Under the pieces are notes generated by a model. It had not been told where the DNA came from, searched no databases, and was given only the letters and a program-made list of their open reading frames with translations. A stretch of DNA of 59,609 bases, the filler included, from Nemertoderma westbladi (lineage: Eukaryota > Animalia > Xenacoelomorpha): the NCBI GenBank assembly GCA_032718475.1. It is 3 parts of 3 records of this genome, joined end to end, with 100 filler letters (N's around TTAATTAATTAA, not from the genome) between each part and the next. Parts side by side here need not be neighbours in the genome. Positions count along the whole stretch, not along the records: positions 1 to 17,962 come from JAUCBJ010000388.1; positions 18,063 to 40,823 come from JAUCBJ010006497.1; 1 more part is not named here. One strand, written 5' to 3'. The translations under genes and the position numbers were made by a program. Positions 13,470-25,930 of the stretch are shown here, piece after piece; positions within the stretch are counted from its first letter, which is position 1; each line of letters starts with the position of its first letter.

Positions 13470-14499
13470 TGCTGACTTATGGATTCCAAGCATACGTTTA
13501 ATATGTGTAGCTTTTACTTTATCAATATCTTTTAGATTTGAGACAGTTAGAAATTCGCCTATTTCTTTTATAGAGTACAGAATAATGGGAGCTATTTTGC
13601 TTTTGAATATTGTGAGCCCAGTTTCGATTGATAATAATTGTAGATGGTTTAAACATCCTATTGCGCTGTAGGCCTTTTTCTTTCGCTTTACAATATGCCG
13701 TGAAAAACATATAGAAGGCTGAAGGGTTACACCGAGATATTCGTATTCATTAACAATCATAACCGGAATCCCACCGTATGTAAACTTATCTAACATTGCT
13801 AAGCGGCCAGCGTTTCTGAATTTAATAATTTTAGTTTTAGCCAGATTAACTTCCATTCCATTTAATGTGCACCAGTTATATAAAATATTTAACGCTTGTT
13901 GTATTGATTCCCTTTTGTTTGAGTAGAAAACCAGGTCGTCTGCGTAAAATATGAATTTCAGAAGGCGACTAACTGACGTAAGCGAGTGGTGAAGTCGGCA
14001 ATAAATATCAAAAAGCATGTCGCAGAGAAACAGTCCCCCTGGAGTACACCGCGGAGTTGTATGATAACATTCGATAGTCGTAGACCATCGAACACTCGAA
14101 TGCGGTTGTTGAAAATGTCCCTGATCAAGTTATAGGGTTTGCCTCGTTTGCCGAAATGATATAACTTAGATAGGAGTACTGCGCGACTGACCATATCGAA
14201 GGCCTTCTTAAAGTCGACGAAGACGACGTATACGTGACGCTCCGCACGAATTGGTTGTTGCAAAGCTTTGCGGATGTCGGTTAGGAGGACACGAATTGCC
14301 TGTTGCGTTGATTTGCCTATCGTGAATCCAAATTGCTCCACTGGAATTCGATGGCCGATGTTTAACCGGACACGGGAGATTATTATTGATGTTAGTAGTT
14401 TGAGTAGGATGGAGATCAACGCGAATGTAGTAATTATAGGTTATAAAGCTTCTGAGATGTACTACAGAGCAGAACTAGTTCACATGGATGGCATGCTGA

Positions 14500-14968
14500 C
14501 AGTGGCGTAGCTGAGGGGGGGGGGGGGGGGGGGGGGCAGCCCCCCCCCCATCCCCGTTGGCGTCAGGGGGGCGCTAAAATCGCGGTGAATGAACAATATA
14601 TTTTCAAGCTTGGTCGCTCCCATTTGAAAATTAATGTAAAATAGTTGAAAACTTATTAATAAATACCTTCAACACCAGAATACATTCTATATCAATAAAC
14701 TTTTTAATTAATTCCCTAACACAAATTTTTGCCATTACATACAACCAGCTTGTAGGCTTACTTATTGTTCATGGCATACAATAGCGATGTTGCTTTGCTA
14801 TGTTTTAACTTATTAGAAGACCGTTAGGACTTCTTACTGTAAAACCCTAGAAATAGGCACACAAAAAGTTAAATTATTTATTTTATTATTATTCTAAGGG
14901 GAGGTGGGGGGGGGGGGCGCCAAAATCGTGGCAGGCCCCCCCTGCCACAAACATCAGCTACGCCACTG
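14500..14968. mobile_element. hAT-type MITE
   Basis: Perfect 15-bp TIR CAGTGGCGTAGCTGA. Perfect 8-bp TSD CATGCTGA at 14492-14499 and 14969-14976. Confidence 0.93.
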
Positions 14969-15059
14969 CATGCTGACACAAATATGCTTTAGAGGTTCGT
15001 GTAGTTATGGTGTTAGCTGCCTCGTTCTAGAACACCCTAGAGAGGTGTGTTTGTTTTTA

Positions 15060-15411
15060 CAGAGGCGTAGCCTGGGGGGCATTCCCCCTGGGTGCACTCA
15101 CCCAGGGGCGCTGAAATGTCTGGGAATTCTTGTAAAAATAGGACAAATCAGGGTGAAGTCAGGGATTGTGATATACTGTATACAGACATGTGTCTTAAGC
15201 GAAATTGTGGAAAATTTTCCGTGCTCGATTCGCTCGCCATCCAAGTTCCATTCAATATATTATAAGTGCACTATATCAATCTAGTGTACAATAATATATA
15301 TAATTTATATACTTCACAATAAATGAAAAGTTAAAATTATTGGAGAGATGGGGGGGGGGGGGGGTATCTCAGCTTCATTCCCATTGGCGCCAGAGGCTTA
15401 ACGTCTCCGTG
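15060..15411. mobile_element. Degenerate related hAT-like MITE
   Basis: Left end CAGAGGCGTAGC plus a G-tract, as in the 14500 element. The right end is decayed and no TSD was seen. Confidence 0.4.
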
Positions 15412-16827
15412 AGTTTCTCAAAATCGGTTCGGTCTATAAACAGCCATATTTGGGTCTCTATCTGGTCATTTGGCGGAAACGATACAATTCTGATCTGTCC
15501 TCTTTGATCAAAATAACAAAAATATCAAACAAGCGACTTATATTTGCTTCTTTCCCATTAAGTGGCAAATTAAACTTAAAATCAAGATCCTTTCACAAAA
15601 TCAATTATTCATAGCTATTTTGCCCTATTTGTCAAAGTACATTACGTGGACTGCGCTGGTTAACAATAGCACACAACCGTACTGCAGTACACTGGATTTA
15701 ACATTAACAACCTACAAGTTATTAGCAAATCATTGTGTTTTCTTTAGTTCGCCAATTTAGTAGATAATTTGCTTCTTTTGTTTGCTTCCATGCTAAAGCC
15801 TCTCATATATATGCCCATCATCCTCATACATATTTTAGTATTTCTCGTGGTTCGAATGACATTTTGTTTTCAAAGAAAGATAATTAAATAGTAATATCAT
15901 AATTTTAGATGGCTTTTAGTGCTTTCCTGTTGTGATGTATAATAAGTGGATTGGATATATTTGAGGTTTTTGTCGATTTCCCATCTGAACTATTTCGCCA
16001 CTCACATGTCACTCTTTGCCACTCAAACTCCGCTGCACTTATCAACTCATATAGTTCGTGGCCCTTCGCCTTCGCAGCTAGCTACTGTATGGTAAAATCT
16101 GAACCGCAATATGGTAATTATTGGATATAGTTAGCTCTATGACTGCTTTATCGCTTTAGTGGTTAATCAATAAAGTTTGGGGGGCGCTCGTATAGCTCGC
16201 ATTGTATGGACGAATAACGCCCAAAATAAAAGTGTTATCGGTAATTAGTGTGCCTAGCAACATATTTAATCGAGTGATATAAATCGATGTCTCTTATTCA
16301 CATATTTGCGTTTCCCCGAGGGCGGCAGCCGGTACCAAAAGCACGAGATTTAAGTGGCAGCGCCATATGTGTGAAGTTGCCACTCGGTTTTGGGTTTACA
16401 GTGCGTCTGTGTTGGATCAATGTGTTGGCCGTTGGGTTACACTAGCCCTTTAGGCCTTAGGCCTTATTTATTAACGATCCGATATTGCCATATACTAACG
16501 AACCCTTTGTTCATATGATTAGACTGCTACACAACGTCCCGCGGTTATTTATATTGGATGTTTTGGGCCAAAAATATGTTGTCTATAATGCGGATTTTGC
16601 GTCTGAGTTGAGTGATTGTTGTTCATAAAGATATATATTATCACATAATATATGAGAGACTTATTTCAATTAAACGCTATTGTGATTGCTAATTCCTATA
16701 AGACTCAAACAATCAATTAGACTTACAATCTATTAATCCTTGCTGACACGGTTTACTCACGTAGGTTCTCATACCCACATTGATTAGCGGCCATTTTGGT
16801 ATTGGAGGCGTTCTCATAATGTTGATT

Positions 16828-17962
16828 GCGCTAACTACAGTATAAAGTTGTGTGGCTAACTAGAAAGTTGTGTGCGCTAACTATAAAGTTGCGTGCGCTA
16901 ACTATAAAGTTGTGTTCGCTAACTATAAAGTTATGTGCGCTAACTAGAAAGTTGCGTGCGCTAACTAGAAAGTTGTGTGCGCTAACTATAAAGTTGTGTT
17001 CGCTAACTATAAAGTTATGTGCGCTAACTAGAAAGTTGCGTGCGCTAACTAGAAAGTTGTGTGCGCTAACTATAAAGTTGTGTTCGCTAACTATAAAGTT
17101 ATGTGCGCTAACTAGAAAGTTGTGTGCGCTAACTATAAAGTTGTGTTCGCTAACTATAAAGTTATGTGCGCTAACTAGAAAGTTGTGTGCGCTAACTATA
17201 AAGTTGTGTGCGCTAACTATAAAGTTGTGTTCGCTAACTATAAAGTTATGTGCGCTAACTAGAAAGTTGCGTGCGCTAACTAGAAAGTTGCGTGCGCTAA
17301 CTATAAAGTTGCGTTCGCTAACTATAAAGTTATGTGCGCTAACTAGAAAGTTGCGTGCGCTAACTAGAAAGTTGCGTGCGCTAACTATAAAGTTGTGTGC
17401 GCTAACTATAAAGTTGTGTTCGCTAACTATAGAGTTATGTGCGCTAACTAGAAAGTTGCGTGCGCTAACTAGAAAGTTGTGTGCGCTAACTATAAGTTGT
17501 GTTCGCTAACTATAAAGTTGTGTGCGTTAACTAGAAAGTTGCGTGCGCTAAGTAGAAAGTTGCGTGCGCTAACTATGAAATTATGTGCGCTAACTATAAA
17601 TTTGTGTGAGCTAACTATAAAGTTATGTGCGCTAACTAGAAAGTTGCGTGCGCTAACTAGAAAGTTGTGTGCGCTAACTATAAGTTGTGTTCGCTAACTA
17701 GAAAGTTGCGTGCGCTAACTAGAAATTTGCGTGCGCTAACTATGAAATTATGTGCGCTAACTATAAATTTGTGTGAGCTAACTATAAAGTTGGGTGCGTT
17801 AACTAGAAAGTTGTGTGCGCTAACTAGAAAGTTGCGTGCGCTAACTAGAAAGTTGTGTGCGCTAACTATAAGTTGTGTTCGCTAACTATAAAGTTGTGTG
17901 CGTTAACTAGAAAGTTGCGTGCGCTAACTAGAAAGTTGCGTGCGCTAACTATGAAATTATGT
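16828..17962. repeat. 21-bp minisatellite (GCGCTAACTATAAAGTTGTGT) running into the contig end
   Basis: Period 21, which produces the LCALTIK pseudo-ORFs. Confidence 0.97.
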
Positions 17963-18062
17963 NNNNNNNNNNNNNNNNNNNNNNNNNNNNNNNNNNNNNN
18001 NNNNNNTTAATTAATTAANNNNNNNNNNNNNNNNNNNNNNNNNNNNNNNNNNNNNNNNNNNN
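17963..18062. other. Artificial contig linker
   Basis: 44 N + TTAATTAATTAA (stops in all six frames) + 44 N. Confidence 0.97.
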
Positions 18063-18138
18063 AGCACCTAATTCACTTAATGTAATTTGATTTTGCCTCG
18101 AAAATAGTTGTATGTTTTCTATTGGATAATACTTCCAG

Positions 18139-18318
18139 ACTTTTTGGTCGACCAAAAAGTACTTTTTGGTCGACCAAAAAGTCGACTTATTGGTCGACCA
18201 AAAAGTACTTTTTGGTCGACCAAAAAGTACTTTTTGGTCGACCAAAAACTACTTTTTGGTCGACCAAAAAGTCGACTTATTGGTCGACCAAAAAGTACTT
18301 TTTGGTCGACCAAAAAGT
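18139..18318. repeat. Array of eight 22-bp palindromes (ACTTTTTGGTCGACCAAAAAGT)
   Basis: Self-complementary unit, organised as a 90-bp four-unit block repeated twice. Confidence 0.95.
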
Positions 18319-20087
18319 CGCTTCAAAAAAAAAATAAAAAAAAAGTATTAAGTGGCACAATTCAGCCACCGTATGTAACCCATGAAGGAATCTACTCACA
18401 ACAGTCCATCAACTCCCTGAGATAGCAAAACCCATCTGAGAGCCAAATTTGAATTTTGTACAGTAAGTAACCTACGGTATAATAAATTATTTCTCTACTG
18501 ATTATCCACTTACTGGGACTCTGCGAGCAGAGTAAAGTACAGTATCATCACTCCAACTGTGGGTCCTTTATATTGTCAGTACAGTAAGAGTATAAATAGT
18601 AGGTCTGTAGGCCTACTTCTCCGTATACAGTACATAGTTTTACAGTAGGCCCTATATTTAATCTGAGTAGGACCCTAAATTATTGTTTTATAAGAACATT
18701 AGAGATAGGAAACAACTACAGTATATAACAATGTGTAGTTTTACACACACAGTCTACATATTACACATGTTGATTTTGATATTACTGTATTTGAATAATG
18801 AATATTTTATTGTTGCAAGATAAATTGATACTGTATAATTAGTGTGTGGAGGAGCAAAACTAAAACTGAAAAATTTATTATAATTTTCACGAAATAATGA
18901 ATTTTTCGAACATAAGAATAAGAGAAGAAACTCGCCGTGTACATTGTTCGACATGCTAAACGACCTAGAATTGTACTGTATGTCAACGGCGCCATAATAA
19001 GCACTTCTTCCTTTGAAGGGCCTTAATGTGTTGCGGTTGTGCACATATTCTCTCTTTAACTTTAACAAAAATGGCAAACATGAATCGCGATACCTTTCTT
19101 TAAAGTCATAATGTCCCCAAAACTTTCCCATAAGTCCTCAACAGTTGTGCGTGGGTGTGAAATAATAACTCCACCCAGTCAGTTTCTTTCAGACACGTTT
19201 GAACGTTTGTGTTATTTGCACGCTTAAAATCTTCGTAGCCTTTATTATCGTCTTTATTGTCGGGATTAACCCGAGGACTGACGACGACATTATCAAATGG
19301 AACAGTCGCCTGGGCGCTATGGTGGAGAACTTAGGTTTAACCGTAACATTTGAAACAGTCATGTAAACATCACTTGAAAATAGTATTCTAGATATATTGT
19401 ATATATTTTTTTCAACTGTTGGTTCTGAAACGTGTTGAGTTAACCTTAGTTATAAAATTGAAATGCTGATTCATAAATAGGGCCTACTAAAATGTTGACT
19501 GTCTTTTTAGGCTTAAAATATAGTTTATAATTGGCAACCCTACACGCCCCGCCTTCCATTCCCATAGATCTGTCATTGCGGTATATTAACGCTAACCATA
19601 ATGTCAAATATAGTTTAAATTACTTTCAAACCTACCAAAAATATAAACAGTTTAAATTTGGCCACTTCACATATCCTGCGCAATGGCCCCATTAGTCTAC
19701 AGTATGTGAATTATCCACTGTTTCAACTTTCTACGTTATACAGTATTTCGATTCTGCGGGTCAATCGGCATGCTGCATTACAGCTGCATTACAGCTGCAT
19801 TAAGAAAGCTACGCCGGCGTTGCAGTTACCCCTAAATGAATTTTAAAGTATCAATCATTATTACACGAAAGCAATAAATGAAACAGGAACTATACAGTAT
19901 AGTACAGTATACCATCCGTATGTATGATTTTGAATAGCAATAGCAAATCTGTGTATACAGTACTGTATGTTTTCTAGTTTTTGTTAGTGCTGTGTGCGTT
20001 GTGTTTGTTTAAGATAAACAAACTGTATATATTATTGTGTGATACAGTAGTTAGTGGTGTTTGAGGATTTCGCGCCGAAGGTTACAA

Positions 20088-21283
20088 AGAGTCAAAGGAT
20101 ACAACAACATTTCAAAGGTTACAAAATTGCTCTTTCAAAAATGGCATGTCAAAGGTTACAAAATACCGAGTCTAAAGTTACAATTAGCCAGTCAAATACA
20201 TTTTCCCACGTTTGGCAAGAAGAATTTGTTGCTAATGGCAGGTCATTGGTTACAAATTATAAGTAAATGTAAATATTATTTATAGGATATTAATACTGTA
20301 TTCACAATACCTCCGTTGGACCTGGGAAAAGTGCAATCAGGGGGCGGGGTGGGGGTATACTGCTTGATACGTCATTACATAGGTGCTTCTTAATTTAAAT
20401 ATAAACAATTTTTAAATAGACATCCACCTTCCTCCGGGAGATCGGCAATCTCCTTCATTAATCGTCACCGACGAACCGCGGTCGCACCAGTTTCTGCTGC
20501 GACTCCTAGAGATGGCAACTTTGATTGGCAATGCTGCATCAGTCGTAATGGGAAACGGCTGCCTCACCTACCATCGGGCTATTCGGGGACTAAACTCGCT
20601 ATCATAAATAAACTCAGAGTAGAGACCCCTGCGACCTGACGAGACCGCATAGAAACTAAAAGACGGCTTCGGTGCCACAATAAAACTTTCTACTGTAGTA
20701 CCGCTCTGTATTGATAGTTATTGTGCTTTGTTTCTTAATATCAAATATATATTGTGGAAGCTCAATTAATTTATAGGAAAAATAATACCATTAATAAATA
20801 GTTCGTAACGTATTGTATGTTTATATTGTACAGAATTGCACTAAGTTAGTTATGTATTGTATGATGTCAACTTCATACACTCCAACACCCTGCCATTTCT
20901 GATTGAACCGTGCCATTTCTATAGCTGCAACTGTTGGTTTTTATGACGACTGTTATAACTACTGGTTGCTAATAAATCCTAATAAACGAGATGACGTTAC
21001 GTTGGTTGTTGTGTGCGGTGTTATCTGTGGGGAAACACCTCACCTATCCTTCCACAGCGTGTGGTAGCATATTTTGTAACCTTTGCCTTCGACGTGTGTG
21101 ATTTTGTAACCTTTGACGTGTCTAATTTCTCTATGTACATTATTTGAATGGTGTAACCCGTGAATCGCTAATGTGACCATTGACTCTGTATTTTGTAACC
21201 TTTGACGCGCAATTTTCGAAAAAGCAATAAATTTTGTAACCTTTGTCCCGTTTGTAACCTTTGACTCTTTGTAGCCTTTGACT
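20088..21283. mobile_element. Diverged inverted pair of TCAAAGGTTACAA-rich segments (probable old DNA transposon ends)
   Basis: 20088-20190 is the approximate reverse complement of 21167-21283, with the motif reiterated in each arm. Confidence 0.55.
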
Positions 21284-21570
21284 TTCAGTAGGTCATGTTC
21301 TAGAGATATCGATTTAATTTTACTATTATTTTTTATTAAAGTTAAATAGCACTGTAGGTAGCAGCATACCTGCTTCCTTTGGCCTAGTGGCTGAGTGCTG
21401 TCGGGGCCATCAGCCTATCTGCATACAGCATCAAACACTGCATAGCAGCATAGTGCATAGTCTGATAGTACAGTACAATTACCGGTACCGCGGTACCACC
21501 GCTACTGACTGACAGGAGTAGAGCCTTTCGAGAACTTCATAATCAGATAATATCAGCAATTTCTTTGACA

Positions 21571-21715
21571 ATGGGCAATACATTGCCCAGTGCGGCCGCT
21601 GCTACCGGTACGAGTGGATCCGGGACATCTACAGATATGTCCATCTCATCAGATCAGAATGTTTCCAGTACAAACGAAGGTGCAACGACAACTTCGATCG
21701 AACTCGAGGGTGGAG
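21571..21715 (+). CDS. TOMM40: TOMM40 coding exon 1 (MGNTLPSAAA...ELEGG)
   Basis: MGN start with a low-complexity N-terminus, as in metazoan Tom40. Donor G|GTAAG, phase 1, compatible with exon 2. Confidence 0.8.
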
Positions 21716-21799
21716 GTAAGCTGAGCAGATCCGGCCAGACTGCCAGACTTCATAATCTACTGAACTACATACCGGTAACTACCGCTACCGGTAGGCCTA

Positions 21800-22998
21800 C
21801 CGTAATTCGGGGTGACTTGATACATTGAGGTGACTTGATACAGCAAGTTATACTTTTTTTCTTTAACGGATTGTGGGTGATTGCGTGATGTTATGATAAA
21901 AATTGAAACAATTGAAATATTAGAAGATGTCTAAATAAATTGTCTATCATATAGTAAAATAAATTTTGTCATTGCTTCGCATTTGTGATCACGAGAGCCA
22001 AAAATGCATTTTTCAAAAATTCACTTTTTTTTAATGTCCAAATATAGGTCGAATTTTTGACACTTTGGGTTAATGTTGTTCAAAAATTATTTTTACAGAT
22101 GCTAATAGATGAGTTTGAATATTATGATCCTAAAAAAAATTTACAAATTTTCATATGAATTGGGGGTGGAGTGCCCGTTTTTTGAAAGTGTATCTTAAAA
22201 TGGGGTGACTTGATACATATATACAGTATATTGTAGGCGAAAATGTTCTGATACCTGTGTCTTAAACGTTGATTTGGCAAAATTTGTGCTTAAATTCATT
22301 GATTTAGTTTGCAGTTTTTTCTAAAATGCTTTGTCTTATTTACTGGTGTCAGGATGTCACAATGCAATAAAAGTCTTTTTCGTTTTTAAACTTCAATTTA
22401 ACTTGTTAAATATTGTTATATGTTAAATTTTCTAAAGTATTTTATCTTTACTTAAACCTTAAATTTGCAAAATTTGTGCTTAAATTCATTGTTTTAGTTT
22501 CCAGTTTTTTCTAAAATGTATTGTCTTACTTACTGGTGTCAGGATGTCACTATGCAATGAAGGTCTTTTTCGTTTTTAAAGTGCAATTTAACTTGTTAAA
22601 TATGAAATATTTTGCCATAAAAAATGGAGTTATTTTTAATTTTAGCAATAATTTTATATCCCCGTTAGGTGGGGACTTCGTTCTTTTTTTTAAATTTCCA
22701 AGATGTATCAAGTCACCCCCACAGCCTACAACATGATCCAAACTCATTCACAGAGTGGTATTATTGCGGAAAATTTGCTTGTGTATCAAGTCACCCCGTT
22801 GTGTGGGGTGACTTGATACAGCTGGTTTTTAAGAAAAAACACCACTAGACTAAGCACCTGAAATAGTGCTTTCGTCTAGTGGTGTAGTACTCATCCCGAC
22901 TATAAAATTTTCTTTTTATTCCATCTGTGTAGGATAAAAACTTCAGAAGATATTCACAGTTAAATGCAAAAACTGTATCAAGTCACTCCGAATTACGG
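21800..22998. mobile_element. MITE family B (Tc1/mariner superfamily, Tc2/pogo-like CCGTA end) in TOMM40 intron 1
   Basis: TIR CCGTAATTCGG(G/A)GTGACTTGATACA, TA on both sides, and internal GGGGTGACTTGATACA repeats. Confidence 0.9.
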
Positions 22999-24862
22999 TA
23001 CCTCTGTACCTGCTGACCTGCCTACACAGCTAGCCTCCCTATGGCAGTATGGCCAGAGCCAGAGGGCCTGCATCCCTGCTACCCGACGGCTACCGGTACC
23101 AGGCGGCAGGCTACAGCCAGAAAAGGTTGACTGGTATAGACCTATCTGCCTATTCACCAATCGGCAAGTACTGCAATACACTAAACTGATATAGATAATG
23201 CAATGACTGTAATAGACTGATACCGGTAGATATATATTTTATATTTATTTTTATTTATGATATAGCATATATTTTATATTTATTTGTATCCTACAGAGAT
23301 TGTATAAAAAGAAAATTTATTGTTAGTCGGGATGAGTGACTACACCACTACCGGTACTGCACTAGACTAATGCACTTTTTGAGGTGCTTAGTGCAGTTAT
23401 TATTCAATTATATTTTATTTATTCCGTTAATTAATTAATGTCACAAAAACAATATCGATTACGGAAAGGGGTAAACGCGAATAGCACAATGTGCTAGTCG
23501 GCTGTTTCAAGTCACCCCACCCAGCCACCCACCACAGTGACAGTCACATACCGGTAATGAGGAACATAATATTCAATTCAAACTCATCTATTATCATCTG
23601 CAAAAATAATTTTTGAATAACATTAACCCAAAGTGTCAAAAATTCTACCTATAATTTGACATTGAAAAAGGTGAATTTTTGAAAAATGCATTTTTGGCTC
23701 TACCGGTAGTCACTAGTGATCACAAATGCGAAGCAATAACAAAATTTACTTTGCTATTTGACAGACAATTTATTCAGACATCATCTACACCATGTCCTGG
23801 AATATAGTGTCGTTATTCAGGCAATAACAAAATTTACTTTGCTATTTGACAGACAATTTATTCAGACATCATCTACACCATGTCCTGGAATATAGTGTCG
23901 TTATTCAGGTACCTGCCCCGAGTGCCCCCACCCCCCCAAATTTTTTTACAAATCGTAATAATGAGATTGCATGAAATTTGAAACAGAGATAGTTTCACCT
24001 CCCTCCTCCTTGCTGGGTGAGCCAGAATTTATATTTTCGCTTTCATTCTTTAGCTACAAGCGTTTGAAAAGGTGTCTCCGTCGATATTGCACCAGTTACA
24101 CCGCAGTTATTCTTCAAACATTTAGTGATTTGTTGGTACTAGTGGAAAGCTGACCGTGCAAGGATTCCAAATATGTAAAAATATTTGAATTTGGTTGGGA
24201 AATAGCTGAGTTATTCTTATTGGCATTCGAATTTTACATGTATTAGCTTCCACTGCGGGCCATTTATTCTATTAAAATAAATACACAATGTTCTAGAACA
24301 TTTTGTTTATCTCATAAGCAGCTTGGCAACAATGCAATGCCTACATAATAATACTAGTATATGTATATCCATACACGAAGTGGGGCCTTCGCGCAGCACG
24401 TGACTTAAATTTAATTTAAGTACTAATTCGAAAGTATTACTGTATTAGCAAATTTTAAGCAGATTTCGCCTAATCACTTTTTACCTCTTTCATTTCTATT
24501 CGGACATTTCTGACTCTAGCGGTATAGTGAGAACTGAAGATGGATTAGGGTCTCCAGCCCCACAAAGACACAGCCTATGGATGAATAGTACATACGTACA
24601 TCGGCCAAGTTTCATCTTGAATAACGGATAACGAAATGAGAGACGGATCTCACTTTCAGAAATTTCGTCGTATAGCGGCAGACCGATTAAATCTCCCCCC
24701 CCCCCCCCCCCCCCCCCCCCACAAAGACGCAGCATGTGGTCCAGAATATATGGCAAGATTCAGCTTAAACTGATTAAAATCAATGAGACGGGAGAATCTA
24801 TTCACTTTCAGGCATAAAGTAGTCCTATAGCGGGTGACTGTTGAACTGATTTTCAACAAAAC

Positions 24863-25864
24863 AAATTTTCAACTTGGCAGCTTTAAATTCGACAAAGTTA
24901 TAAGCATGTCAATATCATAACGACGACAACGATTTCACTTTCAGACATTTGGCCCTCTAGCGGCAGACTGGAGAACTGCAGATGGATTCGCCTCCTTTGA
25001 AAGTCACAGCTAATGGTCTAATACATATCTGCCAAGTTTCAGCTTAAACGGATTAAAAGCAAAGAAATGGGAGGGCATTTAATGTTTAGACATGTGGCCC
25101 TCTAGCGGGAGACCATTGCACTGATGGTGTCTGAAAGTCTCTCAAAAATCTCAACTTTAGCTCATATTGATACCTACAAATTTTCAACTTGGCAGCTTTA
25201 AATCCGACAAAGTTATTAGCATGTCAAAATCGTAACGACGACAACGATTTCACTTTCAGACATTTGGCCCTCTAGCGGCAGACTGGAGAACTGCAGATGG
25301 ATTCGCCTCCTTTGAAAGTCACAGCTAATGGTCTAATACATATCTGCCAAGTTTCAGCTTAAACGGATTAAAAGCAAAGAAATGGGAGGGCATTTAATGT
25401 TTAGACATGTGGCCCTCTAGCGGGAGACCATTGCACTGATGGTGTCTGAAAGTCTCTCAAAAATCTCAACTTTAGCTCATATTGATACCTACAAATTTTC
25501 AACTTGGCAGCTTTAAATCCGACAAAGTTATTAGCATGTCAAAATCGTAACGACGACAACGATTTCACTTTCAGACCTTTGGCCCTCTAGCGGCAGACTG
25601 GAGAACTGCAGATGGATTCGCCTCCTTTGAAAGTCACAGCTAATGGTCTAATACATATCTGCCAAGTTTCAGCTTAAACGGATTAAAAGCAAAGAAATGG
25701 GAGGGCATTTAATGTTTAGACATGTGGCCCTCTAGCGGGAGACCATTGCACTGATGGTGTCTGAAAGTCTCTCAAAAATCTCAACTTTTGCTCATATTGA
25801 TACCTACAAATTTTCAACTTGGCAGCTTTAAATCCGACAAAGTTATTAGCATGTCAAAATCGTA

Positions 25865-25865
<1 letters not shown>
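24863..25865. repeat. 315-bp tandem repeat, about 3.2 copies
   Basis: AAATTTTCAACTTGGCAG at 24863, 25178, 25493 and 25808. Confidence 0.95.
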
Positions 25866-25896
<31 letters not shown>

Positions 25897-25930
25897 AACG
25901 ACGACGACGACGACAACGACGACGACGACA
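25866..25930. repeat. (ACG)n microsatellite
   Basis: Read directly, with occasional ACA interruptions. Confidence 0.95.

Larger units (their letters stand above)
12016..14427 (-). pseudogene. 5'-truncated, frameshifted non-LTR retrotransposon RT (CR1/L2-group-like) with internal tandem arrays
   Basis: ORF 13958-14419 carries EQFGF, FVDFKKAFD and GVLQGD. ORF 13383-14018 carries FYADD and YLGV. The reading frame resumes after the arrays (VEDIIAMFPG...HGFHH). Confidence 0.9.

Noticed and set aside
16850-17885. LCALTIK heptad-repeat protein
   Set aside because: Translation of the 21-bp array, broken by 20-bp units and lacking a true ATG or splice context.
18007-18018. TTAATTAATTAA as a biological motif
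   Set aside because: Centre of an artificial linker, repeated identically at 40868.
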